From the NCBI GenBank assembly GCA_950097015.1, contig CATNEN010000003.1, positions 5,022,001-5,086,000 of the forward strand: 64,000 bases of DNA, given 5' to 3'. A program made the translations under genes and the position numbers. This DNA is from Macrostomum hystrix (lineage: Eukaryota; Animalia; Platyhelminthes). The first letter of the stretch is position 1, and the number at the start of each line of letters is the position of its first letter. The notes beneath the pieces were generated by a model. The model was not told where the DNA came from. It worked only from the letters and a program-made list of their open reading frames with translations, and did not search any database. Of this stretch, positions 1-13,012 are shown piece by piece.

Positions 1-3000
1 AACATTGCCAGGATCAATCTCACCTTGGGATCCTACAAGGTGAGAGGATGTTTTTTCCTATTTCGATTAAATTACTAGTTTTTGCTCCTATTTTATATAC
101 ACTAGGGATAGTTTGCTAAGTAAGGATGATCTGTCATTTCGAGGGAAAATTTTTAATCTCTGGGGATAAATTGTCATTTCTAGGGATTTGTAGTCTATTC
201 GGGATAATTTACCATTACTCGGGATAATTTACCACTGCTCGTGATAATTTACCATTATTCGGGATAGTTTACCACTATTCAGGATAATTTACCACTACTC
301 GGGATAATTTACCACTATTCAGGATAATTTACCACTATTCGGGACAATTTACCACTATTCGGGACAATTTACCACTATTCGGGATAATTTACCACTATTC
401 GGGACAATTTACCACTATTCGGGATAATTTACCACTATTCGGGATAATTTACCACTATTCGGGATAGTTTACCACAATTCGGGATAATTTACCACTATTC
501 AGGATAATTTACCACTATTCGGGATAATTTACCACTATTCGGGATAGTTTGCCACTATTCGGGATAATTTACCACTATTCGGGATAATTTACCACTATTC
601 GGGATAATTTACCACTATTCGGGATAGTTTACCACTATTCAGGATAATTTACCACTATTCAGGATAATTTACCACTATTCGGGATAATTTACCACTATTC
701 GGGATAATTTACCACTATTCGGGACAATTTACCACTATTCGGGACAATTTACCACTATTCGGGATAATTTACCACTATTCGGGATAATTTACCAACTCCA
801 AGCGCATCACGTGACTGAATCCTAGCAAACGGCAATATTATTTTCAATTCAAACCCGGCAGTACTGCTCCCAGCTGATCAAAGCTGTGCGCACAGAGGAG
901 GCCAATCTAAACGAAGGGTCCATGGACAGTCGCACGGTGGCCGTGGCTGTCGACATCACCGCTCCCACCCTGCGCACCGGCTTAATTGGCGGCTCAGTCG
1001 CCGGCGCTTTCAAAGTCTCCGAGGGTCAATTCATCACTGTCACAATTGACGAAGCCTTCAAAGAAGATTGCACAGTAGATCACCTGTACATCGACACCAC
1101 CTATTGGCGGAAGGCTTTCCACGCTATCAATGTTGGCGACAGGATCGACATTGACGACGGCACCATCATGCTGATTGCTAGGGAGAAAGGTCAGTTTATT
1201 ATCCCTTATTATCTTTTCACAAAAAGCGCCCGGAATTGAGCTATAAGCCACTATAAGCCAGTTTTATTTTGAAGAAAATATGTTAATGAATATGTGCGCA
1301 TTTAGGTGGCACCAACTATTCATCTTCAAATCGGCAGTCAGGTGTGTTGTTTAGTTTTTTATTCGTAGTAAATATATAACTATATACTAAACAGTGCTAT
1401 ATGGTCAAATATGTTAAACTGCTGGCACAAATGGGGATCTAGCATGGATCTAGCAGGGTCTTATAAAGTTATAATTTTATTGCTCTAGGATTTGTAATAA
1501 TAATCGTGTTCTATAAGCTACTTTCACAGGTAAAGTTTATTTAAAATTATTTTTTACAATTAACTTACGACACTCAATTAGTAATAAGACCAATTTACAG
1601 ACAATAATCAGGCCAATTTACAGACAATAATCAGGCCAATTTACAGACAATAATCAGACCAATTTACAGACAATAATCAGGCCAATTTACAGACAATAAT
1701 CAGGCCAATTTACAGACAATAATCAGACCAATTTACAGACAATAATCAGACCAATTTACAGACAATAATCAGGCCAATTTACAGACAATAATCAGACCAA
1801 TTTACAGACAATAATCAGACCAATTTACAGACAATAATCAGACCAATTTACAGACAATAATCAGACCAATTTACAGACAATAATCAGACCAATTTACAGA
1901 CAATAATCAGACCAATTTACAGACAATAATCAGGCCAATTTACAGACAATTATCTTCAATAATTAATTACGAAACTTTGATTCTACTAATTATACCACGG
2001 TATAATAAATTTATTTGAGCATTTGCAAAGCTATTAAAACTATCAACGCATGCATGTGAAATGATTAACTATAAAGTATTTAATTACAGCAGCGTGATTT
2101 TGCTTGACTGTGATTCTATCATAGTTTTCAATTTGTATTAGCTCCTCGGGTGAATCTTCCCAGATACTCGTTTTCGGCATTTTCCGGGATTTATTACTGC
2201 ATTTAAACAAAGTTCTAAGACTGTTATTAATATTTTGCAATACATAAGATTAAAGATATAATTTTTTGTAGCTAAAATTGCACCCCTTTATTAATTTATA
2301 TTTCAGTGTCACTTAATGGCACAATTCGATGCCTGGTTGAGCAGGGAGGCCAACTGCAGAGCTCTAAAGTTGTTCGTCTGCCGCGCATGGCTGAGTACAG
2401 ACACGCTGTAGCCGAAAAGTACAAACAGGACCTGCTGTTCGCTGTGGAAAATCAGGTGAGATTTTGCTAAAAATCGGGTGAGATTTTAATAAAAATCGGG
2501 TGAGATTTTGATAAAAATCGGGTGAGATTTTGATAAAAATCGGGTGGAGATTTTGATAAAAATCGGGTGAGATTTTGATAAAAATCGGGTGAGATTTTGA
2601 TAAAAATCGGGTGAGATAAAAATCGGGTGAGATTTTGATAAAAATCGGGTGAGATTTTGATAAAAATCGGGTGAGATTTAGATGAAAATCGGGTGAGATT
2701 TTGATAAAAATAGCGTGAGATTTTGATAAAAATCGGGTGGAGATTTTGATAAAAATCGGGTGAGATTTTGATAAAAATCGGGTGAGATTTTGATAAAAAT
2801 CGGGTGAGATTTTGATAAAAATTAGGTGAGATTTTGATAAAAATCGGGTGAGATTTTGATAAAAAATCAGGTGAGATTTTGATAAAAATCGGGTGAGATT
2901 TTGATAAAAATCGGGTGAGATTTTGATAAAAATCGGGTGAGATTTTGATAAAAAACTATTGTATGGGCATGAGACTTTGGTAAAATCAGTAAAAAATCAT

Positions 3001-6000
3001 TCACCTGCACTTCCTGTTGTTTAATCTAGAAGAAAAACTCTACTAGAAGCATTCTATTAACCAAATTTAATTGCATAGGAAATTTGTAAACTCGATAATA
3101 ATATACCATTACCATTATATTGTTGTTAATAATTAGATTAGCTTCCCGATTCCATTTATCCATATTAATAAAATTTACTATGATTTTGTATGTGTTCTTA
3201 ACAGAATTCTACAGCAATATATTTCCAATGCTTTCCCGGTACAGTTAAAGGTTATACATATCATATGTTTCCGCTCCGATATCTCAATCCTTCTATCGCC
3301 ATCTGCTACTGTGCTACTGAAATCTAGAGCTCCGATTAGAAAGGGTTATGAATCATAAATACTACTATAGTCAATTATTTAAAAGTATAAGAATTCTGAA
3401 AATTATGATAGCAGTATTTCTTGACAAGACAACCATATAACAATCAATTATACATGAACATTTCTAATCCAGAAATAATTAAGCTTCGATATACTGCAGT
3501 CTGGAACCCATATAAACCTTTTAAATTTACCGCTGACACTGCCCACACTATAAACACACCCTAGACACCAAAACCCCTACAATATAAACACTATCTTGGC
3601 CCAATAAACACCCTACCATTTAAACACACTCTAAGGCCCATAAACCCCTGCAAAATAAACACACTAGGCCCCAAAAAAACACCCAATAATTTAAACAAAC
3701 TCTCGACCCTCTAAAAGCCCAATAAACACACTCTAGACCCGTAAACGCCATATAATACAAACACACTCTAGGCCCTATAAACGCCCTACTATTTATACAC
3801 AGCCTCGACGCCGTAAACTCCTAATAAACACACCCTAGACCATATAAACGCTTTACAAACAGTATAAACACACCCTAGACCATATAAACGCTTTACAAAC
3901 AGTATAAACACACCCTAGACCATATAAACGCTTTACAAACAGTATAAACACACCGTAGACTATATAAACGCTTTACAAACAGTATAAACACACCCTAGAC
4001 CATATAAACGCTTTACAAAACAGTATAAACACACCGTAGACTATATAAACGCTTTACAAACAGTATAAACACACCCTAGACCATATAAACGCTTTACAAA
4101 ACAGTATAAACACACCCTAGACCATATAAACGCCCTACCAACAGTATAAACACACCCTAGACCATATAAACGCTTTACAAACAGTATAAACACACCCTAG
4201 ACCATATAAACGCCCTACCAACAGTATAAACACACCCTAGACCATATAAACGCTTTACAAACAGTATAAACACACCCTAGACCATATAAACGCCCTACCA
4301 ACAGTATAAACACACCCTAGACCATATAAACGCCCTACAAACAGTATAAAACACACTTCAGAGCCCAAAAGCCCCTAAAATTTAAACACACTCTAGGCCC
4401 CATAAACACCCTACAAAAGTGGCTACTAAACACTCTAATCAACCGCCAGGTGGACATAATCTGCTGCGGCTTCGCCGAGTCTGGCCTGGCCATCTCGCAG
4501 ATTCGCAAAGTTCTCGGACCATTTTCACAGAATACTAAAATTCTAGCACGCATAGAGTCTTCTGACGGCCTTAAAAAGTGAGTTTTTTGTTCATTGTTTT
4601 ACTTAACAAATCGCGTTGTGAAATCAGGACAAATCGGAGATCATTTAATGCTACGAGTTTCTATGATTTAAAACATGCTTAATTTTCGATTCCTGGGAAG
4701 ATTCCAGTATCGGACTTCACTGAAGTATCTTTTCTAAATGTGGCTTAATTGGCCTTGACAATCCGATTTCCTATTGGCTGTCAAATGGTTAGAAGGGAAA
4801 ATCTTCTAGTATATGATGATTTACAAAAATCCCTAGCCACCAAATTAAGCACCAAAATATCCCTTTTTCTCTTGATCTCCCAGTCTGGACGAAATCCTCA
4901 CCGTAGCGGACGGTGTGTTTGTGGATCGCGGCGAGTTAGGCCGCAATCTGCCAATCGAGAAAGTTTTCCTAGCCCAGAAATCGGTCATCGCCCACGCCAA
5001 TGCCGCCAAGAAGCCGGTGGTTGTTGCAGCGCAAATGCTGGACTCGATGCGGCACAAGCCTAGGGCTACCAGAGCCGAAATCTCCGATGTGGCCAACGCT
5101 GTACTCGACGGCGCCGATGTTCTGGCTCTCGGAGTTGAGACTGCCAAGGGAGCGTTTCCACTTGAGGCTCTGAAGGTCATGCTGCAGGTCAGTGCGATGT
5201 TTTAGTGGGTTTTATTGGAAGTGGAAGGCAATAGAGGGCGGGAGAGAGCGGAAAGCGGAGGTCTAAGAGGGGCGGAAAGTGGAGGTCTAAGAGGGGCGGA
5301 AAGTGGAGGTCTAAGAGGGGCGGAAAGCGGAGGTCTAAGAGGGGCGGAAAGTGGAGGTCTAAGAGGGGCGGAAAGTGGAGGTCGAAGAGGGGCGGAAAGT
5401 GGAGGTCTAAGAGGGGCGGAAAGCGGAGTTCTAAGAGGGGCGGAAAGTGGAGTTCTAAGAGGGGCGGAAAGTGGATGTCTAAGAGGGGCGGAAAGTGGAG
5501 GTCGAAGAGGGGCAGAAAGTGGAGGTCTAAGAGGGGCGAAAAGTGGAGATCGAAGAGGGGCGGAAAGTGGAGATCGAAGAGGGGCGGAAAGTGGAGGTCT
5601 AAGAGGGGCAGAAGTGGAGGTGTAAAAGGGGCGGAAAGCGGAGATCTAAGAGGGGCAGAAGTGGAGGTGTAAAAGGGGCGGAAAGTGGAGGTCTAAGAGG
5701 GGCAGAAGTGGAGGTGTAAAAGGGGCGGAAAGCGGAGGTCTAAGAGGGACAGAAAGTGGAGGTCTAAGAGGGGCGAAAAGTGGAGGTCTAAGAGGGGCGG
5801 AAAGTGGAGGTCAAAGAGGGGCGGAAAGCGGAGGTCTAAGAGGGGCGGAAAGCGGAGGTCTAAGAGGGGCGGAAAGTGGAGGACTAAGAGGGGCGGAAAG
5901 TGGAGGACTAAGAGGGGCGGAAAGTGGAGGTCTAAGAGGGGCGGAAAGTGGAGGTCAAAGAGGGGCGGAAAGCGGAGGTCTAAGAGGGGCGGAAAGTGGA

Positions 6001-9000
6001 GGTCAAAGAGGGACGGAAAATGGAGATCGAAGAGGGGCGGAAAGTGGAGATCTAAGAGGGGCGGAAAGTGGAGGTCGAAGAGGGGCGGAAAGTGGAGGTC
6101 AAAGAGGGGCGGAAAGGGGAGGTCAAAGAGGGGCGGAAAGCGGAGGTCTAAGAGGGACGGAAAGTGGAGGTCGAAGAGGGGCGGAAAGTGGAGTGGAGGG
6201 GAGAGCTAAATTGGAGGAAATGACGATGAATCAGCTAAAGCCAGGGGCGGTTTGACAGCGTTGCAGTACAGATATCTAGCTGGTGCATGGATCGAAAAAA
6301 GGCGTATAAAATGGAATGCTGTTATAAGTAAGGCCTATTCTAGTAGAGAAACCTGACATAAGGGTTTAGCTCGGTACAAGCTGTACTAGTAGGAATGTCT
6401 GGCTTTTTGTGGGGAAAAACATCAAAAACGATACTGGTAGTAGTTTATCTCTATCCCTTTGTGCCACTGATGAACGATTTGCAATCTTTTAGTATTCTTC
6501 CTCTCTGATCTATTCTCCCCCCCCCCAAAAAAATTCCATCATAGAATTCCCGTTCTAGAAAAATGATCGCACTGATAAACTTTGGATTAATTTCTATCAT
6601 TTCCGAAACACTGCCCAACTGGCAATTCCTGACCTAAAGGAAATAAGTATATATTATTTTTTACCCCCTAAAGTTAAATACAAAGTAGATATCGCTTTGC
6701 TGTAGTTAACTCTCCTTCTAACGCCTAAATTTTTAGTCCTTTGTTCTTAATTTTATATTTTCCTCCTTTCTACTTTCCTCCACTCTACTTTTAATTCCTA
6801 CACTCTACTTTTCCTCCACTCTACTTTTCCTCCACTCTACTTTTTCCCCACTCTACTTTTCCTACACTCTACTTTTCCTCCACTCTACTTTTCCTACACT
6901 CTACTTTTCCTCCACTCTACTTTTCCTTCACTCTACTTTTTCCCCACTCTACTTTTCCTACACTCTACTTTTCCTCCACTCTACTTTTCCTCCACTCTAC
7001 TTTTCCTCCACTCTACTTTTCCTTCACTCTACTTTTTCCCCACTCTACTTTTCCTACACTCTACTTTTCCTCCACTCTACTTTTCCTTCACTCTACTTTT
7101 CCTTCACTCTAATTTTTCCCCACTCTACTTTTCCTCCACTCTACTTTTCCTCCACTCTACTTTTCCTCCACTCTACTTTTCCTCCACTCTACTTTTCCTC
7201 CACTCTACTTTTCCTACACTCTACTTTTCCTCCACTCTACTTTTCCTCCACTCTACTTTTCCTCCACTCTACTTTTAATTCCTACACTCTACTTTTCCTC
7301 CACTCTACTTTTCCTCCACTCTACTTTTCCTCCACTCTACTTTTCCTCCACTCTACTTTTCCTCCACTCTACTTTTCCTCCACTCTACTTTTCCTACACT
7401 CTACTTTTTCCCCACTCTACTTTTCCTCCACTCTACTTTTTCCCCACTCTACTTTTCCTACACTCTACTTTTCCTCCACTCTACTTTTCCTACACTCTAC
7501 TTTTCCTCCACTCTACTTTTTCTTCACTCTACTTTTCCTCCACTCTACTTTTCCTCCACTCTACTTTTCCTTCACTCTACTTTTTCCCCACTCTACTTTT
7601 CCTACACTCTACTTTTCCTCCACTCTACTTTTTCTTCACTCTACTTTTCCTCCACTCTACTTTTCCTCCACTCTACTTTTCCTTCACTCTAATTTTTCCC
7701 CACTCTACTTTTTCCCCACTCTACTTTTCCTACACTCTACTTTTCCTCCACTCTACTTTTTCTTCACTCTACTTTTCCTACACTCTACTTTTCCTCCACT
7801 CTACTTTTTCTTCACTCTACTTTTCCTCCACTCTACTTTTCCTCCACTCTACTTTTCCTTCACTCTACTTTTCCTACACTCTACTTTTCCTCCACTCTAC
7901 TTTTCCTTCACTCTACTTTTTCCCCACTCTACTTTTCCTACACTCTACTTTTCCTCCACTCTACTTTTCCTTCACTCTACTTTTCCCCACTCTACTTTCC
8001 TCCACTCTACTTTTCCTTCACTCTAATTTTTCCCCACTCTACTTTTTCCCCACTCTACTTTTCGTCTAGGTATGCCAAGAAGCCGAGTCCGCCTACTATC
8101 ACGGCCGTAAATTTGTTGACCTGAAACGCCTGGAAGCTGTTCGCTTGGCATCCGTTGGGCCTCGCGACGAACAAATCGAAATGTTCACCTCGGCCACTGC
8201 TGCCGTCAGCGCAGCCATGACCAATGGCGCCGCCGCTATCATTGTTGTCACCACCACCGGCAAGACTTCCTTCGCTGTGGCCAGTTACCGACCTCCTTGC
8301 CCGATTCTGACTGTTACTAGGCAGATGTCTGTTGCTAGGCAGTGTCATCTGTACCGCGGCCTGCGGCCTGTGTTCTTTTCTGGTAATTGTGCAGATATTT
8401 TCATTTGCGCATCACAAATTAACTTCCCCCAGTCCTTCAGGGACACGATCATTATCAACCCTTTATCCTTCAGGGACACGATCATTATCAACCCTTTATC
8501 CTTCAGGGACATGATCATTATCAACCCTTTATCCTTCAGGGACATGATCATTATCAATCCTATATCCTTCAGGGACATGATCATTATCAACCCTTTATCC
8601 TTTATGGACACAGTCATTATCAACCCTATATACTTCAGGGACACAATCATTATCAACCCTATATACTTCAGGGACACAATCATTATCAACCCTATATACT
8701 TCAGGGACACAATTATTATCAACCCATATCCTTCAGGGACACAATTATTATCAACCCATATCCTTCAGGGACACAATTATTATCAACCCATATCCTTCAG
8801 GGACACAATTATTATCAACCCTTTATCCTTCAGGGACATGATCATTATCAACCCTTTATCCTTCAGGGACATGATCATTATCAACCCTTTATCCTTCAGG
8901 GACACAATCATTATCAATCCTATATCCTTCAGGGACACAATCATTATCAACCCTATATACTTCAGGGACACAATCATTATCAACCCTATATACTTCAGGG

Positions 9001-9468
9001 ACACAATCATTATCAACCCTATATACTTCAGGGACACAATCATTATCAACCCTATATACTTCAGGGACACAATCATTATCAACCGATTAAAAATCGAAAA
9101 TTTTCCGTCTCTTCCCAGAGGAGAAATGCGACGACTGGTCGGAGGACATGGACCGGCGCATCACGCACACTCTGCAATTCGCTGTCCGTTCAAAGTTTGT
9201 TAAGCCTGGCGAACGGGTCGTGATCTGCACTGGTTGGCACGCTGGCCAGACTAACACTGTACGCCTGGTGGTTGTGCCCGACGAGAAATTCATGGCCACT
9301 CCGCTGCACATTGTTCGCTCGTGTCAGGTCTTTAACGTGCCGCCTAAGGCTACCGCTGCTGTTGCTGCTGCCGCTGCTGCTGCTGCCGCTAATCAGCCTA
9401 GCCTCGTACCGCCGCCCAACGAACCGGTTAACGCTTGGGGCGATAATCCTACTGTCACATTTGATTGA
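1..9468 (+). CDS. Pyk: Pyruvate kinase-like protein, 5'-partial, 7 exons visible, divergent active site
   Basis: Exons <1-39, 862-1189, 2307-2455, 4450-4577, 4884-5187, 8070-8382, 9119-9468. All introns are GT-AG and phase-consistent (1611 nt = 537 codons). Motifs [112 protein letters not shown] and VVICTGW..TNTVR align with the PK family. Confidence 0.93.
185..795. repeat. 20-bp minisatellite (GGGATAATTTACCACTATTC) in PK intron 1
   Basis: About 30 near-perfect tandem copies. Confidence 0.95.
1582..1950. repeat. 23-bp minisatellite (ACAGACAATAATCAGACCAATTT) in PK intron 2
   Basis: About 16 tandem copies. Confidence 0.95.
2447..2955. repeat. 22-bp minisatellite (ATAAAAATCGGGTGAGATTTTG) starting at the exon 3 splice donor
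   Basis: About 23 copies. The first copy overlaps the donor AATCAG|GTGAGA. Confidence 0.95.
3530..4440. repeat. 40-bp minisatellite (AAACACACCCTAGACCATATAAACGCTTTACAAACAGTAT) with degenerate flanking copies
   Basis: Period of 40 over 3825-4350; degraded units on both sides up to the acceptor at 4449. Confidence 0.9.
5238..6200. repeat. 24-bp purine-rich minisatellite (GCGGAAAGTGGAGGTCTAAGAGGG)
   Basis: About 40 copies; source of the spurious [11 protein letters not shown]. Confidence 0.95.
6765..8062. repeat. 16-bp pyrimidine-rich minisatellite (CACTCTACTTTTCCTC)
   Basis: About 80 copies running directly into the acceptor at 8068-8069. Confidence 0.95.
8432..9084. repeat. 33-bp minisatellite (TCCTTCAGGGACACAATCATTATCAACCCTATA) in the last PK intron
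   Basis: About 20 copies; produces the [11 protein letters not shown] pseudo-ORF. Confidence 0.95.
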
Positions 9469-10375
9469 TTGATCGGATCAACTGATTGGATTAATAGACT
9501 TTGATCGTTTAACATACTAGCTTAGATTCGAAAATCCAATCCAATTCTAATATTTCTATTTTTATATTAGGCTTTTCCAGTCTCGCACGGAAGGTCCTAG
9601 GCTCGAATCCGTATTTCGATTTCCATCATAATTATGTAGACCTCTGTGCGAAACTATTTATAGTAAATCATATAAGGTCTATAATTAGTATTATGTAGCA
9701 CTCATATATGGTCTGTAGTTTTCGTTCTGTTCAGCTGAACTTAAAAATAATTTTTTGTAGAAATCGGTAGTCCTGTTCGTAGATTTTTTCCTTTCGCTCG
9801 CATTGTGCTTTAAAAAATTTAATTTATGTTTCACATATCCTTTTTTAAACCATAAAACATTATCGTCAGGGTTTTTCAACTTATCTATAATCACTACTTA
9901 TAGTAGATGTTTATGAAAAAACACGAAATTAGTTTTTTATAAATCAGTTGTCTAAATTAGATTTGCTTATCAAATCACACCTCGTTCAGTTATGTGAGTT
10001 TCTGTTTTTAGAATCAATGTTTTGTTTGCATATTACATATTACAAATATCGCTTGCACAAAAGACGCGCCGTCTACTATAAGTAGTTTAGATTGTGCCAG
10101 TAAATATTTTGTCATTCTCTACATAAATATGTTTTTTCTCTAACCCTAAATTGCATTGAATTATAATTAAATACAATTCTAACAGATTGCGTATAGATTA
10201 TTTAGAAATAAACAGTTTTTTGTTATTTATTGATGCGTCTTGTGATTAATTAGGAAAAGATTGTAGTGTGAAAATATTTTTTTTCTGCGTTTCCTTTCCA
10301 GGTCGCCTATTTCTGCTGTTGGTTTAAGCAAAAAATATCGATCAATAATCAATCGAATCAATCAATCCAATCAGC

Positions 10376-12390
10376 ATGGGTCAGGCTGCCACTCGTCAGG
10401 AAGCATTCTGGGACAGCTGCAGCTATGGTCGCGAATGGAAGGTCAGACAGATGTTAAACAGCGGTCGAGTGGATGTTAATTGGTTCAGCCCAGCGCACCA
10501 ATCGTGTCCCATCCACGTGGCTAGTCAGGGTAAGCCAGACATTGTTCGCCTACTATTGGATGCCGGTTGTCAAGTTGACGCTCGCGATGGTAAGCGCAAC
10601 ACCGCTTTGCACCAGGCCTCAATGACTGGTCAGGATGAAATTGTTGGCCTACTATTGGAAGCCGGAGCTGACACGAATGCTGTCAATGAGCGAGGTTGGT
10701 CTGCCTTGATCATGGCCTGCTATTTCTGTCAGCCCAGCGTGGTTAGACGCCTTCTAGCCGCTAAGAACTGTGACGCCGTGTTGCGTAATAGCGACGGTAG
10801 GAACTGTCTGCACGAATTATGCCGAGCGGCGCCAAAGAGCCAGATCTGTCAGAATGGCAAGCGGGTTAGTACGGCTAGCCTGGACCAGTCGCCACTCTAT
10901 GCGGCTATGATTGCTCAGTTGCGTAGTGTTGAAGAAGATTTACCGCCTGGATTACTGGCTGCCGATTGGCCCATTGTTCATGGTAGGCTATTTTTATTCA
11001 TCTATTTTGCTACTAGATTTTGCTAATGTTAAACCTCTGAAGTATCTGAGAAAGAGAATGCAAAATTTAAACAGAAAACACACCTGAAGTACTTGTAGAA
11101 AGCTTCTAAAATGCCCACTCCAGGCAAGACGTCCGAGCTTCGGGCTCACAATCAGCAGCAGCAGCAGGCTTCAACTAGGCGTCAGCTGACACCGCACCAG
11201 CCAGCCTCGGCTCCACTAGATCAGTCCCGCTTTGCCAGAGCCTTGGTTGACATCGCTGAGCAGCTGCTGGCTCCTGGCGCCTGTCCTAGTCTAGGCGTCG
11301 ATGACAGGAGCCGGCCGCCTGAGTCTGGTGCACGCGGAGAAGCCGACTTCACCCCGCTGATGTTCGCCGTCTATCACGGTCATCTGCCATTGGCTAGGTG
11401 CCTGTTGGACCACGGCGCCGATGTTGGCGCCGCCGACATGTCCGGTTGGACGGCCCTGCACTGGGCTGTTAATCGAGAGATGAAAAACATTGTGGAATTG
11501 TTAATTAGTTATGGTGCTAACCCGGAGAGAGAATCTCTGGTAAGCTCTCAAAGATATGTCTTTACGTACTTTGAACTTACATGATGTAACGGGTGTAAGA
11601 GATTGATGTCACGTGAATTGTACAGAAAGATTAAATTGTTTATCATGTGACTGTTATTTACTAGCTAACCTCTTTATATTTTATAATTGTGCACGTGGCT
11701 ATACATAATTAATAATAATGATGATGATCATAATTGTAGGAAGGCTGCTAATAATGACACATCATTTGGTGAAACTAGACACGTGCGTACGCAGCCAGCA
11801 AAAAGACGATTCTACACATTTCTCTGACTCCTGAGCACACACGCACAGTTGTGTACATTCTGCCCTGACTTTCTCATCGTCAGGCAGTGTACACTCTCAC
11901 TGTGCCTTGGAGGTTGGCCCTCAAGAGCTTAAATTGCTCGACAAGCCTCCAAGCCTTCTCTCCGCGGCTGCGCCTCAAACGAATGTGGCCTCGCCGCGGA
12001 ATCGAGCTCAGAAAGTAAATAATGTTAGAGTTAGCACATAGAGTTAAATATTTATTTTACATTTTTTAGCGCGGCGAAACGCCAATGGATCTGGCTAGCG
12101 ACGATCCGGAATTGCGTCTTCTTCTAACTCCTATCTATCCTGAGATCATTTCCAACGGCCACGTCACTACTGACGACGAAGATGACGAGGACGATAATGA
12201 TGAAGATGCAGAAGTAGCTGAGGACGATGATGCGGACGTCATCACTGAGAGAGCTCAGAACAGGCACAGCCGGGTCCCGATCTGTCCCGAACTATCCAAT
12301 AAGAATGAAGCTAATGTTGTTGCGAATCAAACTAGCACACTGGAACAGGCGCGCCTAATGCTGGCTAATGGCGAAGATTTGCACGATTGA
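10376..12390 (+). CDS. Ankyrin-repeat protein (3 coding exons, ~447 aa, acidic C-terminus)
   Basis: Exons 10376-10982, 11124-11539, 12070-12390 (1344 nt, in phase). Ankyrin motifs CPIHVAS, NTALHQAS, WSALIMAC, NCLHELC, FTPLMFAV, WTALHWAV and GETPMDLA. Strong 5'UTR acceptor at 10300-10301. Confidence 0.9.
11708..12012 (-). mobile_element. tRNA-derived SINE family 1, 5'-truncated, in ankyrin gene intron
   Basis: Homologous to copies at 21.9, 28.2, 33.5 and 41.0 kb (GAGAAGGCTTGG..CCAACCTCCAAGGCACAGTGAGAGTGTACACTGCCTGACGATGAGAAAGTCAG); (TTA)n-like tail. Confidence 0.75.
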
Positions 12391-12594
12391 GTCTTCAAAG
12401 ATTAAATGATACGTAGAACTATATTTTTGTGCATTGGCTTTAAGTTTTTACAGGCTTAAGCAATTATGATGACATTTTATGACTATCCTATTCTATATAA
12501 TAGCCTTTGTCGTTTTTTCTTAAGGTTATAAATGTTTAACACCTAATGTTTAATGATTAAGCGTCCATTTTAACCCAGTTAGATAAATCTCTAC

Positions 12595-13012
12595 GCCAAA
12601 TGTACACTTGAAAAAATCTCTACCCCCAATGTACACTGATCAAGTGTCCCCTGTAACCCAGTTAAATAAATCTCTAGCCCCTATGTACACTGATCAAGTG
12701 TCCCCTGTAACCCAGTAAAATAAATCTCTACCCTAAATGTACACTGATCAAGTGTCCCCTGTAACCCAGTAAAATAATTCTCTAGCCCCTATGTACACTG
12801 ATCAAGTGTCCCCTGTAACCCAGTAAAATAAATCTCTAGCCACTATGTACACTGATCAAGTGTCCCCTGTAACCCAGTAAAATAAATCTCTAGCCACTAT
12901 GTACACTGATCAAGTGTCCCCTGTAACCCAGTAAAATAAATCTCTAGCCACTATGTACACTGATCAAGTGTCCCCTGTAACCCAGTTAAATAAATCTCTA
13001 CCCTAAATGTAC
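12595..13012. repeat. 54-bp minisatellite (TGTACACTGATCAAGTGTCCCCTGTAACCCAGTAAAATAAATCTCTAGCCACTA)
   Basis: About 7.5 copies, period 54. Confidence 0.92.

Noticed and set aside
5215-5672. GAESGGLR repeat protein
   Set aside because: Intronic 24-bp minisatellite with indels.
8383-9118. [11 protein letters not shown] repeats as part of pyruvate kinase
   Set aside because: Bounded by GT/AG; PK homology resumes in another frame after splicing.
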